A stretch of 52,111 nucleotides of DNA from a virus (taxonomy: Duplodnaviria; Caudoviricetes): positions 1 through 52,111 of IMG/VR virus record IMGVR_UViG_3300045002_000011. One strand, written 5' to 3'. Made by a program: the position numbers and the translations under genes. The stretch's first letter is position 1. Each line of letters starts with the position of its first letter. This document shows, piece after piece, positions 8,231-16,500 of the stretch. The notes under the pieces are model-generated. The model saw only the letters and a program-made list of their open reading frames with translations. It did not search any database and had not been told where the DNA came from.

Positions 8231-9226
8231 TCAAGCGTCCCCTCCAAGCAGTTTCGTCGCTTCGCCGCCCAGGTCCTTGAGATTATCGAAGTATTTCTGG
8301 GTCGTCTTGGGATCACTGTGGTCGGCGAAGAGCTGGGCCATCAGCACGTTGCCGCCGCTCAGCTCGGCGACTCGGGTGATGCCCTGGTGCCTCAGGCCGT
8401 GGGGGCGAGCTCCCTTGTTTACGTGGGCCCGCCGGCCGAGCTCGGCGACGATGTCGTAGATGAAGTCATCGCCGAGCCGCAGCGGCCGCTCCCGATCCGG
8501 CCGGCCGCGGTCCAGTCGGGTGAAAAGAGGTCCCGGATCTTTGCCGCGAACTTCGACCCAACGGCAGAGGGCAAACGCCGTCGGCTCGTTCACCGTCTTT
8601 GGTGCCTTCTGGCTCTTGCGCTTTCGCTGAACCATCACGCGACCTGCCTCGGGATCCCAGTCCTCGAGGTCGAGCGACGCCACCTCGCCCCGGCGGAGGC
8701 CTCGGTCGTGGAGTAGGAGGATGATCGCGAGGTCACGTTTTCCTTTTGCGGACCTCGCGGCATCGCGCTTTGCGACGTTCAGGATTCGTCGCCAGCCGCC
8801 GAGGCCCGGGCCCGTGGTATCGCGGTAGGATTCCACCTTGAGGCTCTCCGCCTCGATCGACCAGTCGACCAGGCCCATGACGCGCGCGATTTTCACCAGT
8901 CGCCTGAGGGTGGAGATCCTGCGGTTGATCGTAGACGGAGCCAACTTCGCTTCAAGCATGGATTTGATCCATGCAATTGCGATCGCGTTGGCTGGGCCGG
9001 ATTCTCCCATGACGATCAGTGTACACGTTCGCTCTTCCGCCGGGACCTGCTCGAGCCCGACAATCCCGAGGAAGCGTGAGAGCGCATCGATGTCTTGCTC
9101 TCGCGCCTTTTTTGTTGCCGGCTTCTTCGCATCAGCAAGTAAAGCGGCGTAGACGTGATTCGGTTCGACGGCGGGGAGCGCGGGCAGGCCGGCCTGGTCG
9201 CTCGCGGGGACGAGCTCACTGGGCAT
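8231..9226 (-). CDS. Tyrosine recombinase (XerC/Cre-like resolvase)
   Basis: LAPSTINRRISTLR, GLRRGEV, HGLRH and DHSDPKTTQKY catalytic motifs. Confidence 0.92.
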   Translation of the reverse strand: MPSELVPASDQAGLPALPAVEPNHVYAALLADAKKPATKKAREQDIDALSRFLGIVGLEQVPAEERTCTLIVMGESGPANAIAIAWIKSMLEAKLAPSTINRRISTLRRLVKIARVMGLVDWSIEAESLKVESYRDTTGPGLGGWRRILNVAKRDAARSAKGKRDLAIILLLHDRGLRRGEVASLDLEDWDPEAGRVMVQRKRKSQKAPKTVNEPTAFALCRWVEVRGKDPGPLFTRLDRGRPDRERPLRLGDDFIYDIVAELGRRAHVNKGARPHGLRHQGITRVAELSGGNVLMAQLFADHSDPKTTQKYFDNLKDLGGEATKLLGGDA

Positions 9227-9345
9227 CGAGATCCTCGGGGCAGGGGTGCGGCTGAAAAACAGCGATGGAACAGCCGATCAGTAGGTCCGCCTGAGACGGT
9301 TGTCAGGGTGGCTTCATCTCCGTTGCACGGATGTTGGAGAATAGG

Positions 9346-9369
9346 TCCCGATAATCAACATTATCACCG
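9346..9369 (+). other. dif-like recombination site (right)
   Basis: TCCCGATAA-TCAACA-TTATCACCG; arms identical to the 8175 site. Confidence 0.6.
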
Positions 9370-9509
9370 CCATCCCTGGCTCGGACAACTGTTCACCATC
9401 ATAGGCCCATCTCATCGGGATTATTTTATCTGAACGACAAACGGGGCAAAAGGCGAAAAGTATATAGCGTCCGTTGATTGGGCAACTCGATCTTACACCC
9501 TGGGCGTCG

Positions 9510-10058
9510 ATGGCGACACTCGGTCAGCTCAACGAGGTGCAGCAGCTCCTCGCCGAAGAGCACATGGGCTGGGCCCTGGATGTCGCCAGGCTCTTCTCGC
9601 GTCGTCATCCGCGCTGGGAGCTGGACCTCGAGTCGGCGGCCCTGCTGGGCCTCTGCGAGGCGGCCAGGCGCTACTCGCCGGAGATCGGTGTCAAGTTCCG
9701 GACGTATGCGAGCCACCGCGTCAGCGGGGCGATCAAGCGCGCGATCCGACAGTGCCGTCTCACCGAGGTGATGTTGCCTGAGACCGGGCACTCCCTCGAT
9801 GCGCCCTCGAGTCCCTCCGGTTACCACACCGACGAGATCGAGTCGTTCGAGTCCCGCATCCGACATGCACCGGAGCGGTACCGGCCGTTGCTGCGCTTGC
9901 TGTTCGTTCACGACCTGACCATGGCCGCAGCCGCTCGCGACCTGGGCGTCTCACCGGCATTAGTGTCGGCGTGGTATGCCCAGGCGCTTCGCCACCTCGG
10001 AGCCACTTCGCGCCGGCGGTACCAGAGCAACGAGCCTCTCAGCGCCCGAGCGAGCTAG
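9510..10058 (+). CDS. Sigma70-family (FliA/ECF-like) RNA polymerase sigma factor
   Basis: Region 2 DLESAALLGLCEAARRYSPEIGVKFRTYASHRVSGAI; region 4 LTMAAAARDLGVSPALVS. Confidence 0.85.
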   Translation: MATLGQLNEVQQLLAEEHMGWALDVARLFSRRHPRWELDLESAALLGLCEAARRYSPEIGVKFRTYASHRVSGAIKRAIRQCRLTEVMLPETGHSLDAPSSPSGYHTDEIESFESRIRHAPERYRPLLRLLFVHDLTMAAAARDLGVSPALVSAWYAQALRHLGATSRRRYQSNEPLSARAS

Positions 10059-10064
10059 GGAAAC

Positions 10065-10397
10065 ATGAGCAATTGCATCGGCGGCGATCAACGAGTCATC
10101 TCACACCTAAATCGGAGCGAGCCGCGGTCGCGCGGGCCGGAATGCCCCCCGGATCCGGCACCGACCATCCATGACGAGCTGATGCTACTCGCATCTGCCC
10201 AGGAAGAAGGCGCAAGACTCATCGATGAGCTGTGCGCCCGGCTCGAGCCAATTCGGAAACCTACGCCTGATTCCGATGCTCTTGCCGACCAGGTCCGCCC
10301 AGTGAGCGAACTTGGGCGAGCCGTCAATTCCTTGACCCATCGACAGCGCGGTTTCAACTGGGCGCTGCGGGCGCTACTCGATTCCGTCGACCTCTGA
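10065..10397 (+). CDS. Hypothetical coiled-coil protein
   Basis: 110-aa helical ORF in the operon. Confidence 0.55.
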   Translation: MSNCIGGDQRVISHLNRSEPRSRGPECPPDPAPTIHDELMLLASAQEEGARLIDELCARLEPIRKPTPDSDALADQVRPVSELGRAVNSLTHRQRGFNWALRALLDSVDL

Positions 10398-10471
10398 ATC
10401 ACCCACGCGGGCTGCCGGCGCGAGACTCACGACTCGCGCCGGCAGCCACCCGCCTCCAACGAAAGGCACCG

Positions 10472-10756
10472 ATGTCCGTCGCTACCTATGCCCAAAAGGT
10501 TCTGTCGATCGTCGAGAAGGTCAGCAGCGAGGTCCGCAACAACGTCAACCCCGCGCAGCTCGAGCAAGCGGTGCTCACGGGCATCGGGAATGGCGGAGGC
10601 CTCGAAGGCGTGCTGAAGGCCGTCGTTGCCGACGCGGCCGCGATCTTCACCGACCCCGCCGTGCAATCGGACGCGGTGACGATCCTCACCGATGTCATCG
10701 AGCTGCTCGCGTTCCACACGCTGTTCGAAACGGCTCCGCCGGCCGCCGCATCCTGA
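10472..10756 (+). CDS. Hypothetical amphipathic protein
   Basis: 94-aa ORF, AAGG upstream, strong GC3 codon bias. Confidence 0.65.
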   Translation: MSVATYAQKVLSIVEKVSSEVRNNVNPAQLEQAVLTGIGNGGGLEGVLKAVVADAAAIFTDPAVQSDAVTILTDVIELLAFHTLFETAPPAAAS

Positions 10757-10877
10757 TGGCGCGGTCGTTCGCTCGCGAGCTGCTACTCGATCTCGCCAAC
10801 GTTCTCTTCTGGGCCGTGCTCCTCGGCGCGGCCGCCCTCATCTCGCTCGGGCCCGAACCCTGGAGAGGTCTATTCCG

Positions 10878-11684
10878 GTGAACTTCACTGAGCTCGCCAC
10901 GTTCCTCTGGAAGATGGGCCACGCCCCCCAGTTCAAGAGCTTCGAGGAAGCGCTCGGCACGTGGGTTTCTAAGGGCGGGATCGAAGAGGCGATCAAGCGG
11001 TATCAGGAGTACCACAACCTGCCGGCGTCGGGAGTCGTCGATGAGACGACCCAGGCTCACCTCGCGCAGCCTCGCTGCGGCCGGCCCGATGTGCAGGACG
11101 ACAGTGCAACGCTGTGCCAATGGCCGATGACCCGGCTCACCTGGTTCCAGCAGATCGTCTACCCCAACGTGGATCCGGCAGTGGTCGAGGCCCACTACGC
11201 CCAGGCGTGGCGGCAGTGGGAAGAAGTCTGCGGGATCACCGCCGCCCAGGTCACCGACCAGACGCAAGCGCGTGTCGTCGCGACGGCTGGCAAGATCGAC
11301 GGCCCCGGCAACATCCTCGCCGAGTCGGAGCTGCCTTGCGGCGCCGCGGCCACAACGCAGCTCTCGCAGACGTTCGACGTGGCGGACGAGGGGACGCTCA
11401 GCCCGGGCGACCTTATGGTGGCGTGTATGTGCCACGAAATCGGGCATGCGCTCGGGCTCTCTCACGCGGTACCGGGCAGCGGCAACTTGATGGAGCCGAT
11501 CATCTCGTCGATCAGCGCCCCGCAGGCCGGGGACATCGCCGAGGTGGTGCGCCGGTACGGTGCGCCGGCGAGCTCGAGCGTTCCGGCCGCGGCGCCGCCA
11601 AGAGTCGAGCCCGTCACGTTCGATCTCGACGTGCCCGTCGCCGGCAAGTACCAGATCACCGTGTCGTTCGTCCCTCCGTCGTAA
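10878..11684 (+). CDS. Matrixin (M10A/MMP-like) zinc metallopeptidase with PG-binding-like prodomain and cysteine switch
   Basis: EAIKRYQEYHNLPASGVVDETT, PRCGRPD, HEIGHALGLSH, Met-turn LMEP. Confidence 0.9.
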   Translation: MNFTELATFLWKMGHAPQFKSFEEALGTWVSKGGIEEAIKRYQEYHNLPASGVVDETTQAHLAQPRCGRPDVQDDSATLCQWPMTRLTWFQQIVYPNVDPAVVEAHYAQAWRQWEEVCGITAAQVTDQTQARVVATAGKIDGPGNILAESELPCGAAATTQLSQTFDVADEGTLSPGDLMVACMCHEIGHALGLSHAVPGSGNLMEPIISSISAPQAGDIAEVVRRYGAPASSSVPAAAPPRVEPVTFDLDVPVAGKYQITVSFVPPS

Positions 11685-11694
11685 GGCTCCTCTC

Positions 11695-11919
11695 GTGTTC
11701 AAGCCCTCGTTGAAGTTGAAAGCGATCGCGGCGATGGTCCGCGCGTTTGAGGTGAAGTTCGCATTCGAGGGGCAATCCGGAGCCGCCTGTACCGTCTCGC
11801 GCAAGAACGCCGATGGCGAGTGGCAAGCGATCCGGAAGTTCCCGCGCTGGCGTCGTCCGTTCGTGAAAGGTGGTCCCCCACCGCCGCCGGTCATCGACCT
11901 TCCCTTCACGGAGCGTTAG
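11695..11919 (+). CDS. Hypothetical protein
   Basis: Short ORF filling the operon gap. Confidence 0.4.
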   Translation: MFKPSLKLKAIAAMVRAFEVKFAFEGQSGAACTVSRKNADGEWQAIRKFPRWRRPFVKGGPPPPPVIDLPFTER

Positions 11920-11935
11920 CAGCGGGGAGGCTCCG

Positions 11936-12751
11936 ATGCCTGACGACCTTCCCGATGCCTGGCGTGACGTGCTCGCGGCAATCGTCTCGGCCCCTGTGGC
12001 ATGGAGCTCGCCGGCGGCGATCGCCGAGAGAGCCCGGCTCGACGTCGATGATGTGACCGATCGCCTCGCCGAGCTCGACGAGGCCGGCTACGTCGCCGTC
12101 TGGGATCGCGACGATGGCCCTGTGCTCACACTGAGCGCCCTGGGCGCTGAGCGGATCGGCGTGCGCCTCGGGAGAGTGAAGGGACGCAAGAACCCGGCCT
12201 GGCTCGAGACGGGCGAGCCCGAGGCGGCTGAGCCGCCGGCGATGAACGTCGTCGAGGACCTGGCCGACGCCGGGATGGAGTGGGTGGCTGATTCCGGGCC
12301 GCCGGCGGAGCTGCTTGTCGAGGCGGCCGAAGAGATCGAGCTCGCGGCGAAGAAGAAAAAGAAAAAGAAGCCGCCGCGAATGCCGAAGCTCCTGCACCCG
12401 AAGTTTCGGCGCGACCCGCTCCCGCGGTTCATCATCACCGGCGGGTTGCCCTGGCCGCTGATCATCCTCGGCTTGCGGAGCGCCGCGGTTTGGCGCGAGC
12501 TTCCGCTCGGTTCAGATGAGCGCTGGTGCCGAACCTGCGGCGGCCGAAAGCTGCGGAGCTGGGAGTATTGCCCCGAGTGCGATCGCTGGGGCTTCAATCA
12601 GTTTCGACCCATTGCGCCGAAGGAGAAGAAGCTGAAACGCAAGAGCGCCGCATCGAGTGACCCGAAGCACCTCAAGAACCTGGCGAAGCTCAGGCGGAAG
12701 CGCGAGCGTGAGGAGCGGCATGCCAAGCGCGCCCGCCGGCCGTCACGTTGA
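11936..12751 (+). CDS. Putative wHTH plus Zn-ribbon nucleic-acid-binding protein
   Basis: SPAAIAERARLDVDDVTDRLAELDEAGYV; CRTC...CPEC; Lys-rich tracts. Confidence 0.65.
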   Translation: MPDDLPDAWRDVLAAIVSAPVAWSSPAAIAERARLDVDDVTDRLAELDEAGYVAVWDRDDGPVLTLSALGAERIGVRLGRVKGRKNPAWLETGEPEAAEPPAMNVVEDLADAGMEWVADSGPPAELLVEAAEEIELAAKKKKKKKPPRMPKLLHPKFRRDPLPRFIITGGLPWPLIILGLRSAAVWRELPLGSDERWCRTCGGRKLRSWEYCPECDRWGFNQFRPIAPKEKKLKRKSAASSDPKHLKNLAKLRRKREREERHAKRARRPSR

Positions 12752-13001
12752 CGCCATCACGTTCGGCCGGAGATGGAAGCTCCGCCGGGACGTGCTCATC
12801 TTCGTCGCCGCGGAGGCGGGGTTCAGCCACCGCTGGATTGCCGACGTGTTCGACCTCTCGCGTGCCCGGGTGCGGCAGATCGTCCGCGTTATGCGCGCAA
12901 AAAGTTCCAGGGGTGATTTTTCCGAGAGTCCCTGGATTCAGGCTGCGAAGGCCGCGTTCGAGAGGCTGAAAAGTTCCAGTCCCCCCGCCTCAGCCTTATA
13001 G
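12720..13001 (+). CDS. HTH DNA-binding protein
   Basis: GFSHRWIADVFDLSRARVRQIV; start uncertain. Confidence 0.6.
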   Translation: MPSAPAGRHVDAITFGRRWKLRRDVLIFVAAEAGFSHRWIADVFDLSRARVRQIVRVMRAKSSRGDFSESPWIQAAKAAFERLKSSSPPASAL

Positions 13002-13046
13002 AGCACCACGCGAGAGCTGGAACCCCGAACCCGCGAGACGACCTCG

Positions 13047-13295
13047 ATGAGCGAGCGACACCTCGGCCCCGTCGGCTGGATCTGTTATGCCGCTGCACCC
13101 GCGGCGGACCTGGTGCAGAATGCGCGGCCGACTTGGGTGACGCTCGTCGGCGTGCTCGTCGCCCTGGGCGGTCTCGTGCTGCACGGGTTCCAGGCGTTCC
13201 TCCATTGGAAAGAGCACAAGGCCGCACAGTCGCCGGTGAGTTCCGACCAGGCGACCCTCGACCGACTCGCGGTCAAGCGTCCCCCTCGATTCTGA
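13047..13295 (+). CDS. Small single-TM protein (holin candidate)
   Basis: WVTLVGVLVALGGLVLHGF TM followed by a basic C-terminus. Confidence 0.5.
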   Translation: MSERHLGPVGWICYAAAPAADLVQNARPTWVTLVGVLVALGGLVLHGFQAFLHWKEHKAAQSPVSSDQATLDRLAVKRPPRF

Positions 13296-13301
13296 GGACT
13301 C

Positions 13302-13988
13302 ATGCCGAACCTTTTCGACCAGGCCGAGGCCCGCGCTCCCAAGCTGTCGGGCAAAAAGTCCGAGACGATCTGGAAGATCGACGAGACCAGGGGGGACAAC
13401 GCCGAAGTGGCGAACATGGTTCGCGACTTCAACGAGCTGACCCTCGAGGCGAAGAAGATCGAGCGTCGGCTCGAGCAGCTCAAGCCGCGGCTGAAGGGCA
13501 TCGCGGAAGGATTCTGGCTGACGCGCTATGCCTGCACCGGTCTCGCTCCTGACACGCCCAAGCTGATGACTTCGGACGGCGACGCGGTCAGCTACGTCGT
13601 GCAGGACCGCTCGTCCTCAGCAGCGCTGAAGGATGAGCAGCTCGCGACCTTGACCGAGCTCGTCGGCAGCGACCAGGTTGCCGAGCTGGTGCGTGACGAG
13701 CGCGTCTTCGCGTTCAACCCCTCCGTGATGGCGGAGCTGAACGCCGCCGGCGAGAGCGTCCAGGACGCCGTCGCCGACGCGGTGTCGAAAGCGCTCTCGC
13801 AGTTGAAGCGCCGGGGGATCATCAGCGAAGAGCAGCTCGCGGGCCTCCTGATATTCCAGCATCGCCGACTGCTGAAGCCGGGGGTGCTCGACGATGTGGC
13901 CTCGATCTGCGACCGCGACGTTGGGCGAATGCGGCTGTTCCTCGAGGCGGTCGGTCCGGCATCCGTTCGCTTCGTGCGAGCCGGGTAA
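13302..13988 (+). CDS. Hypothetical protein
   Basis: 228-aa ORF with GAGG RBS. Confidence 0.7.
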   Translation: MPNLFDQAEARAPKLSGKKSETIWKIDETRGDNAEVANMVRDFNELTLEAKKIERRLEQLKPRLKGIAEGFWLTRYACTGLAPDTPKLMTSDGDAVSYVVQDRSSSAALKDEQLATLTELVGSDQVAELVRDERVFAFNPSVMAELNAAGESVQDAVADAVSKALSQLKRRGIISEEQLAGLLIFQHRRLLKPGVLDDVASICDRDVGRMRLFLEAVGPASVRFVRAG

Positions 13989-14116
13989 TTCGTGAAACGA
14001 CCCCTCCTGGAATGCGAGCTCGGGAAGCCGAGGCCTCCGCTCGCCGAACGAGTCGAACGACTCCGACAGAAGGCGAGCGATCGATGTCGAGACGAGACCG
14101 CCGCGGCGACTGACGT

Positions 14117-14617
14117 GTGGCCGACCAACCATCGGACAAACTGCCCCGAAGAAACCGCGCCGACCACCTGATCGAGTACCGCTTTCGCCCCGGCGAAAGC
14201 GGCAATCCCGGCGGCCGGCCCAAGGGCCGCTCGGTCATCAGCGTGCTGCGGGAGCTGCTCGACGCCGAGTATCTATGCGACCAGCCCGTTCCAGGCGGCC
14301 GCCGCGTTGTCGATGCGCTGGCGGAAGTCGCACTCGCCCATGCGATCAAGGGTAAGCACCACTACTTCCGCGAGATCATGGACCGCCTGTATGGGAGGCA
14401 GGCGCCCGACAAACAATCTGCCGCTGCAGCTCGCGAGGCGGCCGAGGAAATCGACGACTCACCACCGCCGGACCTCGATCCCGAAGTCGCAGCCAGGATG
14501 ATGGCCGCGGGCCTCGACGATGGTTGGGGCCCTGACGATGGATTCGGAGCCGGCGGTTTCGGAGCTGGCGGTTTCGGGGTGACCAAGAATCGACCCTACG
14601 ACCCGCCAACGGATTGA
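14117..14617 (+). CDS. Terminase small subunit (DUF5681-like) with C-terminal GFGAGGFG tract
   Basis: RFRPGESGNPGGRPKG motif; directly upstream of TerL. Confidence 0.75.
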   Translation: MADQPSDKLPRRNRADHLIEYRFRPGESGNPGGRPKGRSVISVLRELLDAEYLCDQPVPGGRRVVDALAEVALAHAIKGKHHYFREIMDRLYGRQAPDKQSAAAAREAAEEIDDSPPPDLDPEVAARMMAAGLDDGWGPDDGFGAGGFGAGGFGVTKNRPYDPPTD

Positions 14618-14705
14618 CCGGCTCCGGAACGTCAAGCCAACGACGCGCCGGCACCTCTGGGACTGGGTCTACGGTTACACCGGGATCCGGATCCCGTGGC
14701 GGTCT

Positions 14706-16148
14706 GTGTGCCATGGCCACCGACCGCCGTTCGAGCTGTTCGCCGACCAGGTGCTCCTGCGGCCGCCGATCGCCTTGTGGCACGGGCCGAGGGGCGCGGG
14801 CAAATCGTTCTTGTCGGCGATCGACACTCACGTCGCGAGTCGGTTCCACGCGCGGCATGGAACCCGGATCCTCGGGGGGTCGAAAGCGCAGTCGCAGCAG
14901 ATCTATGCCGCGCTCGAGGAATCGATCCTGGGCGGCCGCGGTCCGCTCGGTCGAGATGCCGATTCGATCGATCGGCTGCTGACCGAGTCGGCAACCTACA
15001 CCAACGGCTCGAAGATCTCGATCCTGGCTGCGAGCCCGACCTCGGTCCGCGGGCCACACGTTGCCTCGCTGAAGCTCGACGAGGTCGACGAGATCGACCC
15101 CGAGATTCGCGAGGCGGCCTGGGGGATGGCCATGGCCATCCGCGGAATCCCGGCGAGCGTGCTGATGACCAGCACGTGGCACCGGGTCGGCGGCCCGATG
15201 AGCGAGCTCATCGATCGCGGCCGCAGCGGCGCGTTTCCGGTCTCGACCTGGTGCGTCTTCGAGGTCCTCGAACGATGCCCGGTCGAACGCAGCGGCCCGA
15301 ACCTCGAGCATTGCCCGCAATGCCCGATCGTTCGCTGGTGTCACGAGGACCGCGATCGGGATCCCGAGGGCAGGCCCAAGGCAAAACGGTCGAACGGCCA
15401 CTATGCGATCGACTCGCTGATCCAGAAAGCTGGCGGAGTCAGCTCGCGGGTCTTCGACAGCGATTACCTCTGCAAGGGTCCCAGGGCCGCGGGCGTCTGG
15501 TTCACGAGCTTCGACGAAGCGCTTCACGTCACTGACGAGGCGGAGTACACCGGCCGGTACGGCGTGCGGCTGTCGGTGGACAGCGGCGTCTTCACCGGCG
15601 GCGTCGCCTTCCAGGTGCGCGAGTACGGGGGCAGGCACGTCGTCAGTGTCTTTGCCGACTACCTTTCCGAGGGCCTCGGGGCGGAGGCCAATGCCAGGGC
15701 TATCCTCCGGCACGCCGCGCAGATCTGCGGCTCACCGGGCCCTGGCTGGAAGGTCTCCACCGATCCCGCCGGCGGCGCCAGGAACCCGGTCGGACCGACG
15801 GTCATCGGCGAGTACGAACGCGCCGGCCTCCGCGGGCCGATGGGCCTCGAACGCTGGCCAGGGGGCGCGGTCGCTGACGGACTCGCGCTGATCGAGGCGT
15901 TCCTCCTGAGCGCTGACGGGTCGATCGGACTGATCATCCACCCGCGTTGCCGAAACCTGATCACGGCCCTGCAGCACTACCGCAGGGCGCGACGCGCGGG
16001 GCAGTGGATGGATTACCCCGAGGACCCGCAGCACCCGCACGAGGACATGGTCGACGCCCTCCGCGGCGGCCTCTGCCTCGAGTTCCCGTTCGGCCGGCGT
16101 CCGGAGCCCGCGTTCAAGAAGCGATCGTTCGGCCAGGTGATGTACTGA
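14706..16148 (+). CDS. terL: Terminase large subunit (true N-terminus probably extends to about 14583)
   Basis: Walker A GPRGAGKS, Walker B LKLDEVDE, coupling motif TST, nuclease SVDSG and DMVDALR. Confidence 0.88.
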   Translation: MCHGHRPPFELFADQVLLRPPIALWHGPRGAGKSFLSAIDTHVASRFHARHGTRILGGSKAQSQQIYAALEESILGGRGPLGRDADSIDRLLTESATYTNGSKISILAASPTSVRGPHVASLKLDEVDEIDPEIREAAWGMAMAIRGIPASVLMTSTWHRVGGPMSELIDRGRSGAFPVSTWCVFEVLERCPVERSGPNLEHCPQCPIVRWCHEDRDRDPEGRPKAKRSNGHYAIDSLIQKAGGVSSRVFDSDYLCKGPRAAGVWFTSFDEALHVTDEAEYTGRYGVRLSVDSGVFTGGVAFQVREYGGRHVVSVFADYLSEGLGAEANARAILRHAAQICGSPGPGWKVSTDPAGGARNPVGPTVIGEYERAGLRGPMGLERWPGGAVADGLALIEAFLLSADGSIGLIIHPRCRNLITALQHYRRARRAGQWMDYPEDPQHPHEDMVDALRGGLCLEFPFGRRPEPAFKKRSFGQVMY

Positions 16149-16151
16149 GAG

Positions 16152-16490
16152 ATGAGAGAAGCCATGCGAGACGAGCACGTGGGCGTCGACGTCGGCCGGC
16201 GATCGTCGAAAGAGGTTGCAGAGCGCGCGGGGACCTCGAAGAAGCCGACCGCGAAGCAAGCGCCCCACTCCGCCGAGCCGCGGCCCGGCGTGGATCCCGA
16301 CACGGGCGCCGTGCGACCCGAGGGGCAGGCGAGCCAGCGCCCGATCACGCCCGCCCCGTCGGGCGAGGCGGAGAGCAAGGTCTCGATCACCGAGCCCGAC
16401 AACCGCGGCGCGATGCCGCCGACCGCGACGGGCCGGATGTCGACCTCGACCATGAAGACGACGCTGAGCAACCCAGCGCGGAAGATCTGA
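16152..16490 (+). CDS. Hypothetical disordered protein
   Basis: ORF between TerL and portal. Confidence 0.45.
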   Translation: MREAMRDEHVGVDVGRRSSKEVAERAGTSKKPTAKQAPHSAEPRPGVDPDTGAVRPEGQASQRPITPAPSGEAESKVSITEPDNRGAMPPTATGRMSTSTMKTTLSNPARKI

Positions 16491-16500
16491 GCCTGAGCTG

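Noticed and set aside
9405-9440. Additional CCCGAT half-sites (9411-9420, 50363-50370) as recombination sites
   Set aside because: They lack the matching TTATCACCG arm at 6-bp spacing.
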